DNA from: Nitrospirota bacterium
Lineage (GTDB): Bacteria > Nitrospirota > Thermodesulfovibrionia > Thermodesulfovibrionales > Dissulfurispiraceae
NCBI GenBank assembly: GCA_963830245.1
Contig: CAWHNC010000090.1
Coordinates: 59,187-123,186 of the forward strand
Reading direction: 5' to 3'
DNA length: 64,000 nucleotides
The stretch's first letter is position 1, and each line of letters starts with the position of its first letter. Below are positions 1 through 9,320 of the stretch, one piece after another. The position numbers and the translations under genes were made by a program. A model generated the notes under the pieces. The model saw nothing but the letters and a program-made list of their open reading frames with translations, ran no database searches and had not been told where the DNA came from.

Positions 1-17
1 TAAAAGATAAGAGCGTA

Positions 18-1304
18 GTGCGATCAATGATGGACAGCCTGATTTATGATGCGGTCTTTGAACAGGTTGATGAAAAGAAGAGGGCGCTATTCCTCCTTGT
101 TAAAGAAATTGCAAAGGCCTGCGGCGCTATTCCAGCCTCTATCCAGGGTCTTTATGAAGAGATGGGGAGAAACTATCCCGGGTTCACCGTTCCTGCCATG
201 AATATCCGGGGACTCACTTACGATACAGCGAGGGCAGCTTTCAGAAAGGCGCATGAATTGAAAGTCGGGCCCATGATCTTTGAGATTGCAAGGTCTGAAA
301 TCGGCTATACAAAACAGCGGCCGCTCGAATATGCCGCAGTTGTCCTGGCAGCAGCGGTCAGGGAAGGGCACGAAGGTCCTGTTTTTATTCAGGGCGACCA
401 TTTCCAACTGGTACGAAAGAATTATCTGAGCGACCCCGGGCTTGAAGTGAAATACATAAAGGAGCTGATCGCCGAGGCGATAGACGCCGAGTTCTACAAT
501 ATAGACATCGATTCCTCAACGCTCGTTGATCTCTCAAAGTCTGTTGTAAAAGAACAGCAGCGGCCCAACTTTGAGCGGACCGCCGAATTAGCGGAGCACG
601 TAAGGCAGTTGCAGCCTGCCGGAATAGAAGTGTCGATAGGCGGGGAGATAGGTGAAATAGGCACAAAGAACAGCACCCCTGAGGAATTAAAAGCTTATAT
701 CGACGGGTTCAGGGAGACTTTTAAGGGGACCCGGGGGCTGAGCAAACTAAGTGTGCAAACAGGCACAACCCACGGTGGTGTTGTCCTGCCCGACGGCACC
801 CTGGCAAAAGTGAAAATAGATTTTGACACTTTGAGAGTTCTTTCGGAACATGCGCGGAAGGAGTACGGCCTTTCGGGATGCGTGCAGCATGGGGCCTCAA
901 CGCTCCCCGAAGAAGCATTCCATATGTTCCCGGAGACAACTACATCTGAAGTACATCTCGCCACCGGCTTCCAGAACATCATGTATGATTGCCCCAGCCT
1001 TCCGGGAGAGTTCAGAAAAGATGTCTATGAGTTCATATCAAAAGAATACGCAAAAGAGAGGAAAGAAGGGCAGACCGAGGAGCAGTTTATCTACAGCACC
1101 CGGAAAAAGGGGTTTGGTCCGCTGAAGAAAAAATGGTGGGCCTTGCCTGCCGATATAAAAGGCCACATAATAAATGACCTGGAGAAGAAATTCGGACTAC
1201 TTTTTGAGCAGCTAAAGGTTACCGGTACGCAGGACATATTAAAAAGGACCATCAAGCCCGTGACCGTAAAAAAAGAAATCAATTCGTCTCTGCTGGGGGT
1301 GTAA
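18..1304 (+). CDS. fba: class II (metal-dependent) fructose-1,6-bisphosphate aldolase
   Basis: 428-aa ORF with motifs PAMNIRG, IQGDHFQ, SIGGEIGEIG and VQHGAST, typical of long class II FBP aldolases. GTG at 18; alternative ATG at 27/30. Confidence 0.85.
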   Translation: MRSMMDSLIYDAVFEQVDEKKRALFLLVKEIAKACGAIPASIQGLYEEMGRNYPGFTVPAMNIRGLTYDTARAAFRKAHELKVGPMIFEIARSEIGYTKQRPLEYAAVVLAAAVREGHEGPVFIQGDHFQLVRKNYLSDPGLEVKYIKELIAEAIDAEFYNIDIDSSTLVDLSKSVVKEQQRPNFERTAELAEHVRQLQPAGIEVSIGGEIGEIGTKNSTPEELKAYIDGFRETFKGTRGLSKLSVQTGTTHGGVVLPDGTLAKVKIDFDTLRVLSEHARKEYGLSGCVQHGASTLPEEAFHMFPETTTSEVHLATGFQNIMYDCPSLPGEFRKDVYEFISKEYAKERKEGQTEEQFIYSTRKKGFGPLKKKWWALPADIKGHIINDLEKKFGLLFEQLKVTGTQDILKRTIKPVTVKKEINSSLLGV

Positions 1305-2632
1305 ATGAACGCCGTGGATATACAGTCCTTGGACCCAAGACTTCCAACAATTCAACAGGCAGACCTTGCAGGTAAAACGGTCCTTGTGAGATTCGACCAT
1401 AATGTAGTGAAGGACGGAGAGATCAGAGATCCGTTCAGGATTGACCAGACCTTTGGCACGCTTTATAACATTGTCGAGCGGGGCGGCAGACCCATTCTAA
1501 TGACCCATGTGGGCAGGCCGAAGGATAAAAAGACAGGCGACATCGCCTGCAAGGCTTCTGAGTCTGTTGAGCCTATCGCCGAATATCTCGAACACAAGCT
1601 GCATACTACCTTCCATATCCCGCGATTCAATATTGACCCCAAGCTTGGCATAGTGGGGATAGATACGTCCATTAATCTTGCCATCCGCAGCTTGCGTGAA
1701 CATAAAATCGGGGGGATCTATCTTCCCAATACCAGGTGGTTTCAGGGAGAGGAAGCAGGGGGGGAGGCACGGGAAAACTTTGCGCTCCAGCTTGCGGGCC
1801 TCGCAGACATTTTTATCAATGACGCCTTTGGCTCATGGCAGCCCCATGCCTCAACATATGATGTGACAAAGCATTTGCCGTCCTATGCCGGATTTTTGAT
1901 GCAGCAGGAAATAGCCAATTTAAATTCGGTTATTAATCCGGAGCGCCCCTTTGTTGCCGTTGTTGCAGGGGCAAAATACGACACAAAAATAGGCCCGCTC
2001 TACGCCATTTATGACAAGGTTGATAAACTGATTCTGGGTGGAGTGATTTATAACGCTTTCCTTTGCGCCAAATATGGGGTAAAGATCGAAGGGGTATCTG
2101 ATAAAGACGTTACGGCTGCTAAAGAGCTCGTTGAAAAAGACAGGATCAATGGTAAAATCGTAGAGCTTCCTTACCTTGTGGAATCAGACACCCTTGAAGG
2201 GAAAGTTGAGGGGAAATACAGAAACCTCTCCATCAAAGATTTCATCCCGGGAAACAATACAAATACATACTCGATATTGATGCCCGGTCTTTTGAGGACG
2301 AGGCAGTGGCCGCTAGCATTCTTGACGCCAAAACTATTTTCGTCAATGCGGTAATGGGGTATACCCCTCATTTTACAGCGGGTTCGGAAGCATTGGACAG
2401 CACGATAGACCATAACAGGACCGCTATTAAAATGTACGGGGGAGGAGACACGCTCCAGGAATTCAAGAATCTATGCCCCGGCCTTTATCTTTCGGTGCTT
2501 GATAATACTCAATACTACTTCTTTACGGGCGGGGGCACGGTCCTCACTGCGATAGAGCAGGGGAGCCCTTACGGACTCAAGCCGCTCGAGGCTTTGATGG
2601 AAAATAAGAGTGCCCTAAAAAATCAATTTTAA
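1305..2632 (+). pseudogene. pgk: phosphoglycerate kinase, reading frame broken near 2250-2270 (true pseudogene or homopolymer miscall)
   Basis: ORF 1305-2354 carries the PGK N-domain (VLVRFDHNV, ILMTHVGRPK). The -1 frame continues ...YILDIDARSFEDEAVAASILDAKTIFVNAVMG...GGGDT (ORF 2306-2632). One extra A in the aaa run at 2261-2263 would fuse the two halves. Confidence 0.8.
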
Positions 2633-2636
2633 ATTT

Positions 2637-2691
2637 TGAATGTTGAATTAGTGAAGAATCCTTAATTTAACATTCAACATTCAGCATTTTT
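2637..2691 (+). terminator. hairpin plus T-run after pgk
   Basis: tgaatgttgaat (2637-2648) pairs with attcaacattca (2672-2683), a 12-bp stem followed by gcattttt. The arms contain gaatgtt/aacattc tandem words. Confidence 0.45.
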
Positions 2692-2710
2692 GAAAACGAG
2701 GGAGGGGTCA

Positions 2711-3925
2711 ATGGCAAGTATAAAAAAGATAGGCGTCATCACAAGCGGTGGTGATTGCGGCGGTCTTAACGCGGTCATTAAAGGGGTGTCACGCGAGGCT
2801 TATGCCCATGGGATCGAATCAGTTGTTATTCCCAACGGTTACGCCGGTCTTTACAACCTCGTGGAACTCGAATCAGTTGTACTGCTTAATGCGGAGAGGA
2901 TCAGCCGCATCGAGGCCTCGCTTGCAGGAAGCGAAGCCGGCCATTCACGGGTCAAGATCAGCAAAATAGCAGACCCGAAAAAGTATGAGCGCATTAAAGA
3001 AGGGCTCAGGAAGTTCGGCATAGACGCCCTGGTCATAAGCGGTGGCGATGATACGGGAAGTGTTGTAGTGGACCTCGGCTCCCAGGGCATACCCTGCGTG
3101 CATGTCCCCAAGACCATGGACCTCGATCTCCAGACTTACAGCGTTGGAGGAGACTCATCAATTAACAGGGTCGCTATTTTTACACGGGAACTGAAAACCA
3201 CGGGCCTCAGCCACAACCGTATCCTCGCGATAGAAGTATTCGGCAGATATGTGGGACATACCGCGCTGCATGGCGGGATCGGCGCTGAAGCCGACTGCAT
3301 ATTGATACCTGAAATCCCCGTGGACTTTGATGTCGTATACAGCGATATGAAAACCACTTATTGCAACAGGGTCATGCGCAGCGATGTGAAGGCAGGGACA
3401 TATATAATCGTTGTTGCCGAGGGCATGAAGAATGCGACTGGTGAAATGCTTTATGACGACGCAGCAGGAGTGGACGCCTTCGGTCATAAAAAACTTGCGG
3501 GCGCGGGGAAATATGTGAGGCAGGAGCTTGAGAAACGCCTGAAGGAGGACCCCGCAATGAAAGAGTTTATGAAAGAGACTGGAATGTATGCGCCCGGCGT
3601 ATACGAAGTACCCGAGGTGCGGGAAGTCACGCCTGGCCATCTTGTGCGCGCAGGAGGGTCTTCAGCCTATGATGTGAATTTCGGGTACAAGGCGGGCGCC
3701 TGCGCAGTGCTTATGCTGATAGAGGGGAAGACAGGCAACACCATTGTCGATGTTGATGGCAACCAAATATCCTATATCCCGACACCCGAGGCAATTAAAC
3801 AGAGAAAAGTTGATACCGCTGAAATTGCCCTTTTTGAGAGCCTGGGCACCTGCTTCGGGCGCAAGCCTGAAAAGTTCAACTACGAACTTGTAGAAAGGAA
3901 AATTCCAATAGCGAGGCATATTTAA
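2711..3925 (+). CDS. phosphofructokinase family protein (PPi-type residue signature)
   Basis: Motifs GVITSGGDCGGLNAVI, ISGGDDTGS, VPKTMDLD and FGRYVGH. ATG 2711 is preceded by gagggagggg. Confidence 0.85.
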   Translation: MASIKKIGVITSGGDCGGLNAVIKGVSREAYAHGIESVVIPNGYAGLYNLVELESVVLLNAERISRIEASLAGSEAGHSRVKISKIADPKKYERIKEGLRKFGIDALVISGGDDTGSVVVDLGSQGIPCVHVPKTMDLDLQTYSVGGDSSINRVAIFTRELKTTGLSHNRILAIEVFGRYVGHTALHGGIGAEADCILIPEIPVDFDVVYSDMKTTYCNRVMRSDVKAGTYIIVVAEGMKNATGEMLYDDAAGVDAFGHKKLAGAGKYVRQELEKRLKEDPAMKEFMKETGMYAPGVYEVPEVREVTPGHLVRAGGSSAYDVNFGYKAGACAVLMLIEGKTGNTIVDVDGNQISYIPTPEAIKQRKVDTAEIALFESLGTCFGRKPEKFNYELVERKIPIARHI

Positions 3926-3939
3926 TATGGCAAGAAAAA

Positions 3940-5178
3940 GTGACGGCACAGTCGGCATCATTGTCGGGGGGGGCCGGCCCGGGGATTAATGGCGTTATCA
4001 GTTCGGCTACTATTGAAGCTGTTAATCAGGGCAGGAAGGTCGTCGGCATAAAAGGGGGATTCAAGCCGCTCTTTGAAGGCAGGACAGACTGCACTCTTCC
4101 GCTCAACATATGTGACGTATCGAGGATACATACGCAGGGCGGCTCTATTTTAAGGACCTCACGGGACTTCCCTGACAGGGTAAAGGAGAGATTTGCGATA
4201 TTGATGTCGACGCTCAAGCAGCTCGACATCAACTATCTTGTTACTGTCGGCGGCGAGGGCACACTTTTTATGGCTAACTGGATTGGCCGGGAATCCAGGG
4301 GGGACATGAGTATCGTGCATGTCCCAAAAACTATTGATAACGATATCCCTTTGCCGGGGGGAGCTTCGACGTTCGGCTTTCAGACGGCGCGGCATCTCGG
4401 AGTGGAGATTGTCCAAAACATAATGGAAGACGCCAAGACCACCGGCCGGTGGTACTTTATCACCACGATGGGCAGGCATGCCGGCCATCTTGCTTTAGGC
4501 ATCGGAAAGGCTGCAGGGACAACAATAACGCTCATTGCAGAGGAATTCACCGAGGACAAGGTCTCCTTCAAGAAGGTTGCCGATGTGCTTGCAGGCTCTA
4601 TAATAAAGAGACTCGCCTACGGCATAGACCACGGGGTTGCTGTACTTGCCGAAGGCATTTCCGAGAAATTCGATTATGACGAACTCAGCGATTATGAGCA
4701 GGTGGAAAAGGATGAAACCGGTAGGACCAGGCTTTCCGAAATCCAGCTTGGCAGGGTGTTAAAGACTTTTGTGATGAACACGCTTGAGTCTCTGGGCATA
4801 CATACTACCATTGTGGACAAGAACATAGGCTATGAACTGCGGGCTGCCGCCCCCATCCCGTTTGACCTTGAATATACGAGAGACCTTGGCTACGGCGCCA
4901 TCCGGTACCTCCTCAGAGGTGGGACTGATGCAATGATTGTGCTCAGTGACGGGCATTTGAGAGCTATTCCTTTTGCCGAGATGGTGGACTATGCCACAGG
5001 CAATATGAAGATCAGGAAAGTGGATATCACTTCTGAAACGTATGAGGTGGCACTGAAGTATATGCGGCGATTAACTCGCGACGATTTTGAAGGGGAGCCG
5101 CTGCAACGCCTTGCCGGCACGGTTAGTCTGAGTCCCCGCGAATTTATCGGCAGATTCGGCTATCTTGTCGGCCTCTGA
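3940..5178 (+). CDS. second phosphofructokinase paralogue; N-terminus interrupted by a G8 tract
   Basis: Motifs GGAGPGINGVI, TVGGEGT, VPKTIDNDI and MGRHAGHLAL. A natural ATG at 3927 (MARKSDGTVGIIVGG...) is in another frame and stops at 3987. The frames meet in the G8 run at 3966-3973. Confidence 0.8.
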   Translation: MTAQSASLSGGAGPGINGVISSATIEAVNQGRKVVGIKGGFKPLFEGRTDCTLPLNICDVSRIHTQGGSILRTSRDFPDRVKERFAILMSTLKQLDINYLVTVGGEGTLFMANWIGRESRGDMSIVHVPKTIDNDIPLPGGASTFGFQTARHLGVEIVQNIMEDAKTTGRWYFITTMGRHAGHLALGIGKAAGTTITLIAEEFTEDKVSFKKVADVLAGSIIKRLAYGIDHGVAVLAEGISEKFDYDELSDYEQVEKDETGRTRLSEIQLGRVLKTFVMNTLESLGIHTTIVDKNIGYELRAAAPIPFDLEYTRDLGYGAIRYLLRGGTDAMIVLSDGHLRAIPFAEMVDYATGNMKIRKVDITSETYEVALKYMRRLTRDDFEGEPLQRLAGTVSLSPREFIGRFGYLVGL

Positions 5179-5179
5179 G

Positions 5180-5641
5180 ATGCAAGGGTCTGTGAACATC
5201 CAGAGGGAGGATCTGGAGAGGGCTGAAAGACTCAAGATTGTTTTTCAGGCACTCTACGAAGTGAACAAAAGAATCCCTATAATTGTCGAGGGTAAAAGGG
5301 ATGTTTCCGCCCTCAGGAAAATAGGCCTGGTAGGTGAAATCATCGCGCTCCACGGCGGTATGGGCATATATGAATTCTGTGAGGATATAGCTGAACGGTT
5401 CCACCGTGTTGTCCTTCTTACAGATTGGGACAATAAAGGAGAGCATCTCTATAAAACTGTAGCAGAGCATTTAAAAGGCTCCTGGGAGGAATTTTCGCCG
5501 TTCAGAGAAATAGTCAAGGTCCTTTGCCAGAAAGATATAAAGGACGTAGAAGGAGTCCCTCTGCTCCTGGAACGGCTGGCCGGGGCAGCAATCAAGGTCG
5601 GAGAGACCGGGGAATCAGAAGGCTTCCGCGGTGATATTTGA
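5180..5641 (+). CDS. Toprim domain protein
   Basis: IIVEGKRDVSAL and LLTDWDNKGE resemble the Toprim E and DxD motifs. Confidence 0.6.
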   Translation: MQGSVNIQREDLERAERLKIVFQALYEVNKRIPIIVEGKRDVSALRKIGLVGEIIALHGGMGIYEFCEDIAERFHRVVLLTDWDNKGEHLYKTVAEHLKGSWEEFSPFREIVKVLCQKDIKDVEGVPLLLERLAGAAIKVGETGESEGFRGDI

Positions 5642-5985
5642 TAACAAAACGTTTCGGGAAAAAAGGCGAGGATATTGCTGCGGCATATCTTAAGGGAAAA
5701 GGCTATAAGATCCTGCACCGCAACTACAGGACGCCGCTTGGCGAGGCCGATATGATCATAAGCGACAACGATATCCTTGCATTTGTGGAGGTCAAGGCAA
5801 GAACCGGCAATTCATTTGGAGAGCCTTTTGAGGCAGTGGACTTCCGCAAACAGGAAAAAATCAGGAAAATAGCGCTATATTATCTTAAACAGCATAGGGT
5901 TGAATATCAGGTCAGGTTTGATGTGGTAAGCATTGTCTCTAAAAATGGAAAAGAAGAGATAAATCATATAATAGAAGCGTTTTAA
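5638..5985 (+). CDS. yraN: YraN family (UPF0102) endonuclease
   Basis: GEDIAAAYLKGKGYKILHRNYRTPLGEADMI...FVEVKAR is the classical YraN pattern. The TTG start overlaps the upstream stop. Confidence 0.8.
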   Translation: MITKRFGKKGEDIAAAYLKGKGYKILHRNYRTPLGEADMIISDNDILAFVEVKARTGNSFGEPFEAVDFRKQEKIRKIALYYLKQHRVEYQVRFDVVSIVSKNGKEEINHIIEAF

Positions 5986-6012
5986 AACAGGTTATAGGTT
6001 ATAGGTAAAAAA

Positions 6013-6098
6013 CCGAAGATGAGAAGATGGGAAGTTGCGAGGTTGAGCAACAACCCTGTAACTTCACACCTTCCAACTTCACAACTTCTCATCTTTGG
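6013..6098. repeat. long imperfect intergenic hairpin with internally repetitive arms
   Basis: 6013-6036 pairs with 6075-6098: 24 positions, 2 mismatches, 1 G-U. The arms are made of gaagatg/gaagttg words. The right arm ends at the ilvE ribosome-binding site. Confidence 0.55.
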
Positions 6099-6109
6099 AG
6101 ATTGTCGTT

Positions 6110-6994
6110 ATGTTTGTCTATCTGAACAATAAGATCGTCCCTGCTGCAGAGGCCAGGATCTCTGTCTTTGACCATGGTTTTTTGTATGGCGATGGCATAT
6201 ACGAGACAATGCGCGTCTATGATGGCGTTATTTTTTTGATCGGTGAGCACCTTAACAGGTTGCGGCGTTCGGCTTCGCTTATAGGGCTTGATCTTCCTAA
6301 AAATGACGCCGACATGCGGTCAGCTGTTTATGACACGCTTCTTGCGAATGATTTGAGCGATGCATATGTCCGCGTGACGATCTCACGCGGATCCGGGGAG
6401 ATAGGTCTTGACCCGGACCTCTGCAAAGAGCCTACTTTTATAATCATTGCGGAAAAGTTTAAGAACTATCCGCGGTCGTATTACGAAAATGGAATACGAC
6501 TGAAGATAGCCTCGGTCAGGAGAAACCTGAAAGAGGCGCTTAATCCGCAGATCAAATCGCTAAACTTTCTAAATAACATCCTGGCCAAAATTGAGGCAAA
6601 GAAGGTCGATGCACACGAAGCGATAATGCTCAATGCTTACGGGCATCTTGCTGAAGGCACTGTAAGCAACATCTTCTTTTTAAAAAACAGCATACTTCAC
6701 ACACCGTCGATCAAATGCGGTATCCTTGACGGCATTACGCGGGCGCTGGTGATTGATCTGGCTGCAAGAAATGCGATCACTGTAAAAGAGGGGGATTTCA
6801 AACCTGAAGACTTGTACGGGGCCACCGAGGTGTTCATAACAAACTCTACTATGGAAGTTATGCCGGTGAGCAGGGTTGACGAAGTGCATTTCAACGTAGG
6901 GGAAACCGCCAGGTTGCTGCTCACAAAATACAAACAGGAGGTGAAAGTGTATGTCAGAGAAAAAAAGGATGAAGGCCCCTCATTATGGGACTAA
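6110..6994 (+). CDS. ilvE: class IV aminotransferase (branched-chain or D-amino-acid aminotransferase)
   Basis: VFDHGFLYGDGIYETMRVY, EGTVSNIF and GILDGITR are fold-type IV PLP enzyme motifs. Confidence 0.8.
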   Translation: MFVYLNNKIVPAAEARISVFDHGFLYGDGIYETMRVYDGVIFLIGEHLNRLRRSASLIGLDLPKNDADMRSAVYDTLLANDLSDAYVRVTISRGSGEIGLDPDLCKEPTFIIIAEKFKNYPRSYYENGIRLKIASVRRNLKEALNPQIKSLNFLNNILAKIEAKKVDAHEAIMLNAYGHLAEGTVSNIFFLKNSILHTPSIKCGILDGITRALVIDLAARNAITVKEGDFKPEDLYGATEVFITNSTMEVMPVSRVDEVHFNVGETARLLLTKYKQEVKVYVREKKDEGPSLWD

Positions 6995-7661
6995 CCGGAT
7001 TTCTCCTGGAGAATTGGCACGCTATCTTGATCAGACACTCTTAAATCCGGATGCTTCAGAGGCGGACATAATAAAACTCTGTAAAGAAGCAGTCCGATAT
7101 AATTTTTATTCCGTTTGCATTCACCCCTATTACGTTCCGCTTTGCAAGGCGGTCCTGACCGGATATGACATAAAAGTTTCAACCGTAATAGGGTTTCCAC
7201 TCGGCATGACGATAAAAAGCGCAAAAGTCTATGAGGCAACGCAGGCGGTGCTGTACGGCGCCCAGGAGCTTGACGTTGTAATAAATATTGGGGCCGTCAA
7301 GTCCGGCAATCTGGATTTTGTAGGCGAAGAGATTTCTGAGATACTGTCCGCAACCAGGTCTGCTGTCCATAAAGTCATTATCGAGTCATGTTACCTGAAC
7401 GAGAAAGAGAAGCGCGCCGTTACGCAAATAGCGGTGAGCTGCGGTGCGCCTTTCATCAAGACATCAACAGGATTCGGGACAAGAGGTGCAACGGTAAAAG
7501 ACGTTAAACTGATCAAAGCTATTATTAAGGACAGGGCTGAAGTCAAGGCAGCCGGCGGCATCAGAACATTGTCGCAGGTACTGCGTTTTATACAGGCAGG
7601 GGCCGTGCGCATTGGAACGAGTTCAGGGCCGGAAATAATGCGCGAGGCACTGGTCGCATAA
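6951..7661 (+). CDS. deoC: deoxyribose-phosphate aldolase
   Basis: LDQTLLNPDAS, FIKTSTGF (Schiff-base Lys context) and VKAAGGIRT. The start is uncertain (6951 or 6969); 6951 overlaps ilvE by 44 nt. Confidence 0.85.
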   Translation: MSEKKRMKAPHYGTNRISPGELARYLDQTLLNPDASEADIIKLCKEAVRYNFYSVCIHPYYVPLCKAVLTGYDIKVSTVIGFPLGMTIKSAKVYEATQAVLYGAQELDVVINIGAVKSGNLDFVGEEISEILSATRSAVHKVIIESCYLNEKEKRAVTQIAVSCGAPFIKTSTGFGTRGATVKDVKLIKAIIKDRAEVKAAGGIRTLSQVLRFIQAGAVRIGTSSGPEIMREALVA

Positions 7662-7771
7662 AGACTTTTCCCGTTCTTATTGGCTCGCTGATCCTCGTGT
7701 TCGACCACACGGGACTACGAACGCTATACATTGCTTCTTTCATGCCCGGGGACAGTATCAGTTAAACATCT

Positions 7772-8149
7772 TCAGCCGCGCTCTATGCGTATTTCTTTAA
7801 TAGCGCCTTTTATATTCCTCAGTACTGCTGCATCTCCAACAATTTTTCCTACAAGATTTACGGCGCTGGCAGGCACAGGGTCGAGGCCTTTGCTCATTGG
7901 AGTCGGCCCGAAAAAGATAGCAAGTGCATTGCCGGGAGGCCAATATCCGATATCGCCGACTTTGACCACAGTAACAGCTGTTTCATCAGAAGGCATGCTG
8001 ACCGGGATTTCAAAATAAAATTCGTCACCCCATTTATTAGGCCCTGCAATGATAGGCAGTGCTTCCGCAACTTTTTTTGCGCATGGGGTATCAAGAAGTT
8101 CAGCATCAAGCATGATCCCCGCGACTGTTATAATGATCTTAACCGGCAT
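7772..8149 (-). CDS. cyclophilin-like fold protein
   Basis: GDEFYFEIP...VGDIGYWPPGNALAIFFGPTP matches the cyclophilin-like (TM1367-type) family pattern. Confidence 0.6.
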   Translation of the reverse strand: MPVKIIITVAGIMLDAELLDTPCAKKVAEALPIIAGPNKWGDEFYFEIPVSMPSDETAVTVVKVGDIGYWPPGNALAIFFGPTPMSKGLDPVPASAVNLVGKIVGDAAVLRNIKGAIKEIRIERG

Positions 8150-8287
8150 AATGCAATACCTCCTATTCTTGTATTAACAGATCCTGTAACTGAGTCATTA
8201 TAAAGAAAAGAGCGTCTTTCTGAAAATACATTTTTAAGCCTGTTATAATAAGTATGTTCCAGTGTTGATATCTCAGTGGGAGGAGTA

Positions 8288-8656
8288 ATGCTCAAAAAAG
8301 GTCTTCTGGAATCACCGAAGCGAAGTCGTCCGGGTTTACTGTCTCACATATTACTGCAGTCCGGCGATACGGCAACTGATAATCTGGCAATTGCCTGGAT
8401 TGAGGTTGAATCAGGTTCCAAACAGCAACCCCACCATCATGTGCCGGAACAAGCTTACATTATTATCGGCGGGCAAGGCTGTATACACGTCGGCTCAGAT
8501 ATCGACAATATACGAACAGGTGATCTTATATATATCCCGCCTAATGCAGAACACTTTATAGAAAATACAGGGAATGAGAAGCTTAGTTATATTTCAGTCA
8601 CGGTTCCTGCCTTAAACATTGAGGCCCTGTATGACTCCGGCCAACTCAAGCATTAG
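8288..8656 (+). CDS. cupin domain protein
   Basis: PHHHVPEQAYIIIGG...GDLIYIPPNAEHFIEN is a two-motif cupin signature. Confidence 0.7.
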   Translation: MLKKGLLESPKRSRPGLLSHILLQSGDTATDNLAIAWIEVESGSKQQPHHHVPEQAYIIIGGQGCIHVGSDIDNIRTGDLIYIPPNAEHFIENTGNEKLSYISVTVPALNIEALYDSGQLKH

Positions 8657-8827
8657 GCGGGCTTGTTGCTGTACAGTATGCAGGAGTCCTCAAGAACCCA
8701 CCTCGTAAACTAAGTGTCTGTCTTTTCAGTATATAGGAAAACCATGCACACGGATATCAGCACGCTCCTACGGTAACTTCATGTATCCTCCGATTTGCTG
8801 CATAGCTTAACCGCGGTAAATTAGAAT

Positions 8828-9241
8828 ATGGATCAAGCAACCATATCCAATAAACGGGAAAACTACAGGGTCAAAACCCTGGCGCTGATAGCCTGCGTCC
8901 CGATTCCCGCATCCGAAGATAGCAATGATATTTTAACGGATCATTTGCGGCGGGTGACGGAGCGGTGGGTTGATGTCAACCTCAGCATAGGCGGCATTTC
9001 GTTCCCTGACAAGCGGGGGTGGGGCTATGATTGCGGAGACTTGATCCAGATGTATATCAGGCCTGTGTCCGGCCAGCCTGTCGTAAGCGTGGCTCAGGTT
9101 GTCCGCAGGGATAGCCCGGATAATAGCGTGGCAACCGTAGCCGCGAGATTTCTCCGGCTAAGTCCTGAGGCTGAAAGGAAACTGTCCTCTGCGGTGCTGG
9201 ATTGTCAGCGGAAACAGAGTTCTATCAGAGGGCCATTCTAA
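8828..9241 (+). CDS. PilZ domain protein
   Basis: RENYR (RxxxR) near the N-terminus and NLSIGG ((D/N)xSxxG). Confidence 0.65.
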   Translation: MDQATISNKRENYRVKTLALIACVPIPASEDSNDILTDHLRRVTERWVDVNLSIGGISFPDKRGWGYDCGDLIQMYIRPVSGQPVVSVAQVVRRDSPDNSVATVAARFLRLSPEAERKLSSAVLDCQRKQSSIRGPF

Positions 9242-9265
9242 GCTAATGGATGTTATAGGTAACCA

Positions 9266-9291
9266 AGCCGGCTGAAGGAGCCGGCTCTTTT
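9266..9291. terminator. hairpin between convergent genes
   Basis: Self-complementary agccggct occurs twice (9266-9273 and 9279-9286) with a 5-nt loop, followed by ctttt. Confidence 0.5.
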
Positions 9292-9320
9292 AAAGCGCTT
9301 AAGACTGCAATCTCCCGGCA

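Noticed and set aside
5990-6006. A recurrent (g)gttataggt word just after stop codons (5990-6006, 9253-9260, and reverse-complement-like cctat words at 21302-21325).
   Set aside because: There are only three short, imperfect occurrences, and I cannot judge the chance expectation without counting the motif genome-wide.
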